Part shown: one piece after another, positions 7,831 to 13,271 of the stretch
Layout of the letters: every line of letters begins with the position of its first letter
Position numbering within the stretch: the first letter of the stretch is position 1
From: Pedosphaera sp.
Lineage (GTDB): Bacteria > Verrucomicrobiota > Verrucomicrobiia > Limisphaerales > SIBH01
Direction of reading: 5' to 3'
Length of the DNA: 16,038 bases
Assembly: GCA_031414955.1 (NCBI GenBank)
Contig: JANOQV010000199.1
Span: forward strand, 1 to 16,038
The notes under the pieces: model-generated
What the model saw: only the letters and a program-made list of their open reading frames with translations
Databases searched by the model: none
Told to the model about the DNA's origin: nothing
Position numbers and translations under genes: made by a program

Positions 7831-9150
7831 ATGCAACGCCGCCATTTTATCAAGCTCTCCGCCACCGCCGGAGCCGCCTTCGGGGCCGCGCCTTACTTTT
7901 TGCGCGGGGCCGAGCCGACGAAGAAGTTCCGCACCGCGCTCATCGGTTGCGGCTGGTGGGGTAAGAACATTCTGCGCGAAGCCATCGCCAGCGGACGCCT
8001 CAAAGTCGTCGGCCTGTGCGACGTGGATGCCAACACGCGCGAGGTTGCCGCTGAACAAGTCACCGACCTCAATGGCGACCAGCCTAAGACCTATAACGAT
8101 TTCCGCGAGCTGCTGGAGAAGGAGAAGCCGGAGATCGTCCTCATCGCCACGCCGGATCACTGGCACGCGCTCCAGACCATCGCAGCCGTGAAATCCGGCG
8201 CGCACGTCTTTGTCGAGAAGCCCACCGGCCACACCGTCAATGAGAGCCGCGCCATGCTCCGCGCCGCGCGCGAGGGCGGGCGCATCGTCCAGGTGGGATT
8301 GCACCGGCGCATCGGGCCGCACCACGTCAGCGGGATGAAGTTTCTCAAGAGCGGCGCGGTTGGCGACGTGGGCATGGTTCGCATCTTCGCCCACGGCGGC
8401 GGTGGCAAGGATCGTCCCGCTGCGAACAGCGAAGCGCCCGAGGGGTTGGACTGGGATTTGTGGTGCGGACCCGCGCCCAAGCGGCCCTTCAACCAGAAGC
8501 TGCACCCCGGCGGCTGGCGCAACTTCCTCGACTACGGCAACGGCCAGCTCGGCGACTGGGGCGTCCATTGGCTTGATCAAGTGCTCTGGTGGAGCGAGGA
8601 GAAGTATCCCAAACGCGTGTTCTGCTCGGGTGGCCGTCCCATCGCTGGCGTGCCCGTGTTGAGCGACAAGGAACAGACCAGCGACACCCCCGACCATCAG
8701 GTTGCCACCTATGACTTCGAGAGTTTCACCTGCGTGTGGGAACACCGTCGCTTCGCCGACAACAAGGCCGAGAAGCACAAAATCGGCGCTTACTTTTACG
8801 GCACCAAGGGCACGCTGCACATCGGCTGGCGCGACGGCTGGACGTTTTATCCCACCGACGGCAAAGCCCAGACCCAGCACGAGGATTCCCAACTCCAGGA
8901 ACCCGACGGCCACAACTTGAAATTGCTCTGGGCCGACTTCATCACCTCCATCGAAAGCGGGAAGAAAGCCGTGGCCAACATCGAGATCGCGCACCGCGCC
9001 TCGGTGCTGCCGCTGCTCGGCATGATTTCCTGGCGCACCGGCCGCAGCCTGCAATGGGACGCCGCGAAGGAACAAATCATCGGCGACCCGGAGGCGAACC
9101 AGTTGTTGAGCCGCCCCTATCGCGCGCCGTGGGTTTATCCGGCGGTGTGA
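7831..9150 (+). CDS. Gfo/Idh/MocA family NAD(P)-dependent oxidoreductase with Tat signal
   Basis: Start ATG 7831 gives MQRRHFIK (twin-arginine). Rossmann ALIGCGWWG, IATPDHWH, VFVEKP, LDWDLWCGPAP, GDWGVHWLD. 439 aa. Confidence 0.95.
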   Translation: MQRRHFIKLSATAGAAFGAAPYFLRGAEPTKKFRTALIGCGWWGKNILREAIASGRLKVVGLCDVDANTREVAAEQVTDLNGDQPKTYNDFRELLEKEKPEIVLIATPDHWHALQTIAAVKSGAHVFVEKPTGHTVNESRAMLRAAREGGRIVQVGLHRRIGPHHVSGMKFLKSGAVGDVGMVRIFAHGGGGKDRPAANSEAPEGLDWDLWCGPAPKRPFNQKLHPGGWRNFLDYGNGQLGDWGVHWLDQVLWWSEEKYPKRVFCSGGRPIAGVPVLSDKEQTSDTPDHQVATYDFESFTCVWEHRRFADNKAEKHKIGAYFYGTKGTLHIGWRDGWTFYPTDGKAQTQHEDSQLQEPDGHNLKLLWADFITSIESGKKAVANIEIAHRASVLPLLGMISWRTGRSLQWDAAKEQIIGDPEANQLLSRPYRAPWVYPAV

Positions 9151-9178
9151 GCGGAGCACCGGCGCCTCCTCCCGCGCG

Positions 9179-9248
9179 CGGAGCGCCGAGCATGGCTCGG
9201 GCTTTGACCTGCTCCTCCCACCGCGCGGAGTTCATGCTTGGCGCTCCG
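9179..9248. repeat. REP-like inverted repeat downstream of the oxidoreductase (could also act as a terminator hairpin)
   Basis: CGGAGCGCCGAGCATG (9179-9194) pairs with CATGCTTGGCGCTCCG (9233-9248) with one mismatch (G-U in RNA). Confidence 0.65.
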
Positions 9249-9390
9249 GTTCACGGGCCGAGCAGGGGAGGTGTGCATGGTTCAACCCGATTCGGAAGTC
9301 GAACCTCAGCACCGCCAGCGGCCTGGCTCCGGCGCGCGTGGTCGCGGCGGAAGTCGCAGGAACTATTTCGATCCTCGGCGTGAGCAACCG

Positions 9391-9415
9391 GCTGCGGGTT
9401 GAAAACCCGCGCGCC
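9391..9415. repeat. REP-like hairpin
   Basis: GCTGCGGGTTGAAAACCCGCGCGCC has a 7-bp stem, GCGGGTT/AACCCGC. A possible degenerate partner (TTCAACCCG) lies near 9281-9289. Confidence 0.5.
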
Positions 9416-9589
9416 GATGAGGGATGCGGCGTGCGTGGCGCGCGAAAGCGGTTGGATCCTTCGGCTGTCTTCGCGCGTTCGCTTCAACCGCCGTCGCGCT
9501 CACCTTGTTTTCTTCAACGCGTTTCTGTGAGGTGGCCAAGTTGTGCTTGTTCCCACCGAGGCCGGGTGCGTTAATCCAGCCAGCACACC

Positions 9590-10447
9590 ATGAATATCAA
9601 AACGTCCTGGCTCCGGCGGTTCTCCTTGGTGGTGGTCGGCGTCCTTTTCGCAGGTGGACTGACGCACGCCGCCGTTCGCACCGTGAACATCGGGGATAAT
9701 TTTTTCTCGCCCGTCGTGACGAACATCAATGTGGGGGACACGGTGCGCTGGGTGAACCAAGGCCTCAATCTTCACAGCACCACCTCGACCACGGGCGCGT
9801 GGGATTCGGAGGACAATTTTCCCGGTGGCCTGGATTTCCTCGACAGCTTTGATCACACCTTCAATGCCGCCGGAGATTTCCCCTACCTCGACGTCGGCTT
9901 CTCCAGCATGACCGGGCTGGTGCGGGTGGTGAGTGCCAACTCGCCGCCCACTTGCAGCATCACGAACCTGACCAGCGGGGCGGGGATGGTCGCGCCGACG
10001 AATCTGGTTCTCCGGGCCAGTGCGGCTGATCCCGGCGGCAGCGTGGTGAACGTGCAGTTCTTTGTCGGCCCGCATTCCGCCGGGACCACGGCGATCAGTC
10101 CCTACAGCGTGGTCACGAACGGTCTGCCCGCAGGCGCGTATGTGCTCACGGCGGTGGCGACGGACAATCTCGGAGCCAGGGGAACCTCCGCGCCGGTGAG
10201 TCTCTCGGTCACAGGGCCGGTTCGTTTTGACACGAATAAACTTCGGATCGCGGGCAGCACGCTGCCGCTGACGTTTTCCACGACGCCGGGCTTGAGGTAC
10301 GCGCTGGAAGGTGCGCTGGCCGTGGCCCCGTCCAACTGGCTGGCTTTGGCGACCAACACGGCGGGGAGCAATTCCATGACCTTCAGCAACTCGACGGCCG
10401 GGTGGACCAACCGTTTCTTCCGCGCCCGACTGGTTCCGAATCCCTGA
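9590..10447 (+). CDS. Secreted cupredoxin (plastocyanin-like) + bacterial Ig-like domain protein with a verrucomicrobial-type C-terminal domain
   Basis: Signal peptide; FFSPVVTNINVGDTVRWVN...HSTT...FDHTFNAAGDFPY cupredoxin pattern; Ig-like NSPPTCSIT...AGAYVLTAVATDNLGARGTS; tail ...RYALE...NW...RFFRARL. Confidence 0.85.
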   Translation: MNIKTSWLRRFSLVVVGVLFAGGLTHAAVRTVNIGDNFFSPVVTNINVGDTVRWVNQGLNLHSTTSTTGAWDSEDNFPGGLDFLDSFDHTFNAAGDFPYLDVGFSSMTGLVRVVSANSPPTCSITNLTSGAGMVAPTNLVLRASAADPGGSVVNVQFFVGPHSAGTTAISPYSVVTNGLPAGAYVLTAVATDNLGARGTSAPVSLSVTGPVRFDTNKLRIAGSTLPLTFSTTPGLRYALEGALAVAPSNWLALATNTAGSNSMTFSNSTAGWTNRFFRARLVPNP

Positions 10448-10448
10448 T

Positions 10449-10472
10449 CGCTGGGGACGGCGACGCCCAACC
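10449..10472. repeat. REP-like element, same family as 7643-7733
   Basis: CGCTGGGGACGGCGACGCCCAACC compared with CGCTGAGGACAGCGACACCCTGC (7713-7735). Confidence 0.55.
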
Positions 10473-10600
10473 GCTCGTGCCCTGCTCCAGGCCGGGAAAG
10501 CAAGACCAGGGTTCCGTCGCGCCTGGTTTCAGATTGCCCCGTGTTTCTGAATGGACAAGCGCGGCATCCAAGGCCATACACCGCCGCGTAGTTTTTCGTG

Positions 10601-11194
10601 ATGCACTCACTGTTCATAATCCTGTTGCTGGTCACCTCGGTGGTGGCCCTGACTTTCATTGTGGAGCGCGGGTTGGCCCTGCGCTGGAGCCGCGTGGTCC
10701 CGCCCGCCCTTCAGAACGCCGTGTCTTTCTATAAATCCGCCGAGGATCTCCCGCGATTGCGCGCGGTGTGCGCGGAGCATTCCTCGACGCTGGGGCGTTT
10801 GCTGCTTTTCCTTTCCGAACATCTCGACTGGTCGCGCAGCGAAGGCGTGGAGTTGCTGGAGACCCGCGCGCGGCATGAGGTGTCCCAACTCGAACGCGGC
10901 CTGGTCGTCTTGGAAATCATCGTGGGCATTGCTCCGCTCATGGGCCTGGTCGGGACGATCTACGGTCTGATCCTGCTTTTCGGCAGCATGAGCGCGGTGA
11001 GCGGAGTGGACAGCGTGAAGTTCGCCCAGGGCATCAGCACCGCGCTCTACGCCACCTTGCTCGGCCTGGTGGTGGCCATTCCGGCGCTGATTGCCTGGAG
11101 CTATTACAGCAAGAAAGTCGAGAACCTGACCGTGGAACTGGAGTCGATCTGTGATGAGTTCTTGCGCAAGCATCATCACGCCAAGGCGAAATGA
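10601..11194 (+). CDS. exbB: MotA/TolQ/ExbB proton channel family protein
   Basis: TM1 at the N-terminus, LERGLVVLEIIVGIAPLMGLVGTIYG, GISTALYATLLGLVVAIPA. An in-frame TAG at 10589 limits the start to GTG 10598 or ATG 10601. Confidence 0.9.
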   Translation: MHSLFIILLLVTSVVALTFIVERGLALRWSRVVPPALQNAVSFYKSAEDLPRLRAVCAEHSSTLGRLLLFLSEHLDWSRSEGVELLETRARHEVSQLERGLVVLEIIVGIAPLMGLVGTIYGLILLFGSMSAVSGVDSVKFAQGISTALYATLLGLVVAIPALIAWSYYSKKVENLTVELESICDEFLRKHHHAKAK

Positions 11195-11619
11195 ATTTCT
11201 CCGTCCACAAACGCCGACGCACCCCCTCGGTCATCATCGTCTCGCTCATCGACGTGCTGCTCGTGGTGCTGATTTTCCTGATGGTCACCACCGCCTTCAA
11301 GGACACCCCGGCCTTCAAGCTCAACCTCCCCGAGACTACGCAGCAGTCTATGAAATCCGGCGTGACGGAGAATCCTCCGCTGGTCATCACCATCACGACC
11401 AACACACCGCACTTCTATCTGGGCAAGCTCGCCGTGACCTTCGACCGATTGAAGGCGGAACTGACCCAGCGCGCCAGGGAGAACCCGCGCCTCGTGGTGG
11501 CTCTGCGCGCCGACGATCAGGCCGCCTACGGCAATGTGGTGAAAGTGACCGAGGCCGCGCAGGCCGCGCAGGTGAAGGAGATTCGCACCTTCCTCAAGCC
11601 TGGCATCCGGCCGGAGTGA
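11191..11619 (+). CDS. exbD: Biopolymer transporter ExbD/TolR family protein
   Basis: SLIDVLLVVLIFLMVTT with the conserved TM Asp, LNLP, and LRADDQAAYGNVVKV. ATGA overlap with exbB. Confidence 0.92.
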   Translation: MNFSVHKRRRTPSVIIVSLIDVLLVVLIFLMVTTAFKDTPAFKLNLPETTQQSMKSGVTENPPLVITITTNTPHFYLGKLAVTFDRLKAELTQRARENPRLVVALRADDQAAYGNVVKVTEAAQAAQVKEIRTFLKPGIRPE

Positions 11620-11702
11620 GTGGGGGTGGTAAGCGGTGCGTCCGTGAACGGTACGTCAGTGGACCCTAGAGCCGACGCATCTCAATTTGGTGAGATCCCG
11701 GG

Positions 11703-11831
11703 GAAAACCCCAAACCTCAAGCACCAAGCACCAGGGAAGCTTCAAACCTCAAGATCCAAGCGGTGGCGGCTCCGACTGGCCCGATGGCCTGGAGGCTCCG
11801 CGGCGCTTTGAGGTTTGGAGCTTGGGGTTTC
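11703..11831. repeat. Heptamer-repeat element with inverted arms
   Basis: Left arm has 7-nt units CAAACCT CAAGCAC CAAGCAC ... CAAACCT CAAGATC CAAG (11711-11760). Right arm TTGAGGTTTGGAGCTTGGGGTTTC (11808-11831) is complementary: AAGCTTCAAACCTCAA (11737-11752) pairs with 11808-11823 with one G-U. Confidence 0.7.
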
Positions 11832-11944
11832 GGAGGCTCGTCGCGCGCCGATTTAGATGCGTCGGCCCTGCAGTGAATCCGTTCCGGGCTTGATCACCGC
11901 GACAGCGCCCACCGCTCACCGTTCACCGACGCACCGTTTACTGT

Positions 11945-11973
11945 TTGCTGATTCCTTCCCGTCGCGCCATCCT
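11945..11973 (+). promoter_or_regulatory. Sigma70-like promoter, probably leaderless, for the ThuA-like gene
   Basis: TTGCTG (11945-11950), 17 nt, CATCCT (11968-11973), CCCGCC, ATG (11980). No SD present. Confidence 0.5.
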
Positions 11974-11979
11974 CCCGCC

Positions 11980-12852
11980 ATGAAATTCACCTTGCTCCTC
12001 GCCACGCTGCTGATGGCTCTGCCTCTCCACGCCGCCGACTTGCGCGCCCTCATCATCGACGGGCAGAATAACCACGATTTCAAATCCACCACGCCGCACC
12101 TCAAGAAGGTGCTGGAGGAGACCGGACTGTTCACCGTGGACGTCGCCACCGCGCCGGGCAAAGGCGGTGACATGGGCACCTTCAAACCCGACTTCAAAAA
12201 GTATGGCGTTCTCATTTCCAACTACAGCGGCCAGCCCTGGAGCCAGGAGACGATGGACGCCTTCACCGCCTACGTGCGGAGCGGCGGCGGCTTCGTCAGC
12301 GTCCATGCCGCCGACAATTCGTTCCCGAAATGGAAGGAATACAACGAGATGATCGCCATCGGCGGCTGGGAGGGGCGCAATGAAAAGTCCGGACCCTATC
12401 TGCGCCTGCGCGACAACATGTTCCAGCACGACACTACTCCAGGCCGGGGCGGCAGCCACGGCCAGCAACACGCCTTCGTCTTGGAGACTCGCGTGGGCCA
12501 GCATCCGATCATGGCCGGGCTGCCGCCGCGCTGGATGCACGCCAAGGACGAACTCTACGACCGCCTGCGTGGTCCGGCCGTGAACGTGACCGTGCTGGCC
12601 AGCGCGATGTCCACCAAGGAGACCGGCGGCTCCGGCGAACACGAACCCCTGCTCCTGACCATCCGCTTCGGCGAGGGCCGCGTCTTCCACACCGCGCTCG
12701 GCCACAACAACGGCAAAGACATCACCGCGCAAAAATGCGTCGGCTTCATCACCACCCTGCAACGCGGCACCGAGTGGGCCGCCACCGGTCGGGTCACGCA
12801 GAAAGTTCCCGCCGACTTCCCCACGGCGGACAAGGTGAGCTTGAGGGAGTGA
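11980..12852 (+). CDS. Secreted ThuA-like (trehalose utilisation / class I glutamine amidotransferase-like fold) domain protein
   Basis: Start ATG 11980, MKFTLLLATLLMALPLHA signal peptide. ALIIDGQNNH, YVRSGGGFVSVHAADNSF, HPIMAGLP, DELY, GEGRVFHTALGH, RGTEWAATG. 290 aa. Confidence 0.9.
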   Translation: MKFTLLLATLLMALPLHAADLRALIIDGQNNHDFKSTTPHLKKVLEETGLFTVDVATAPGKGGDMGTFKPDFKKYGVLISNYSGQPWSQETMDAFTAYVRSGGGFVSVHAADNSFPKWKEYNEMIAIGGWEGRNEKSGPYLRLRDNMFQHDTTPGRGGSHGQQHAFVLETRVGQHPIMAGLPPRWMHAKDELYDRLRGPAVNVTVLASAMSTKETGGSGEHEPLLLTIRFGEGRVFHTALGHNNGKDITAQKCVGFITTLQRGTEWAATGRVTQKVPADFPTADKVSLRE

Positions 12853-13112
12853 AGGCGGGGCCAGCCGATCGTGTCGCGCGTTGACGTCCGCCGGACAGGC
12901 CGTTTTTAACCCGCCCAGAGCGTGTCATGTGCCCGTGCGGACCCCGCACCCGGGCCAAAGTCGGCAACAGCAACCGGTGCGGATGACGATTTGTGCGGGC
13001 TTCAAGTTGGCGATGGCTGGAGATTCGGCCGCGCGGTTTCCCCTGTGAACGGGTGCATCTCGGAAGTGCGATCGTGGTTGGTCCTGACACGACGCCGCCG
13101 GAAAGCGTCGTC

Positions 13113-13189
13113 ACCTGCCGACAAGAATGTCGGCGTTACGTCGTAGCGCCGGCTTTCCAGCCGGCAGGTCGCGAGACTTTCCGGTCTCG
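13113..13189. repeat. GTAG-type REP cluster (back-to-back REPs plus a third hairpin)
   Basis: GCCGACAAGAATGTCGGCGTTAC (13117-13139, a GTAA-led hairpin on the minus strand), GTAGCGCCGGCTTTCCAGCCGGC (13143-13165), outer inverted repeat ACCTGCCG/CGGCAGGT, and CGAGAC-TTTCCG-GTCTCG (13172-13189). Confidence 0.7.
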
Positions 13190-13271
13190 AGTTGGTGCTG
13201 TTTCCAACCAGCGTCGCCTGTCAGCGCCCGCGCCACAATGCCCCTTGCCGCGAGCGATGTCCTTTGATGCA

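Noticed and set aside
9151..9589. Riboswitch, tRNA or other ncRNA in the long intergenic regions (also 12853-13256)
   Set aside because: I recognised no known aptamer or cloverleaf, and the hairpins are explained by REP-like elements. An Rfam/Infernal scan would be needed to exclude one fully.
277..10447. A single copper-homeostasis island linking the CxxC leader, the exporter and the cupredoxin
   Set aside because: The genes are in separate transcription units up to 9 kb apart, the exporter is MacB-type rather than Cus-type, and the cupredoxin lacks its Cys ligand. There is no direct support.
11857..11979. Upstream extension of the ThuA-like ORF
   Set aside because: The signal peptide and promoter spacing support ATG 11980.
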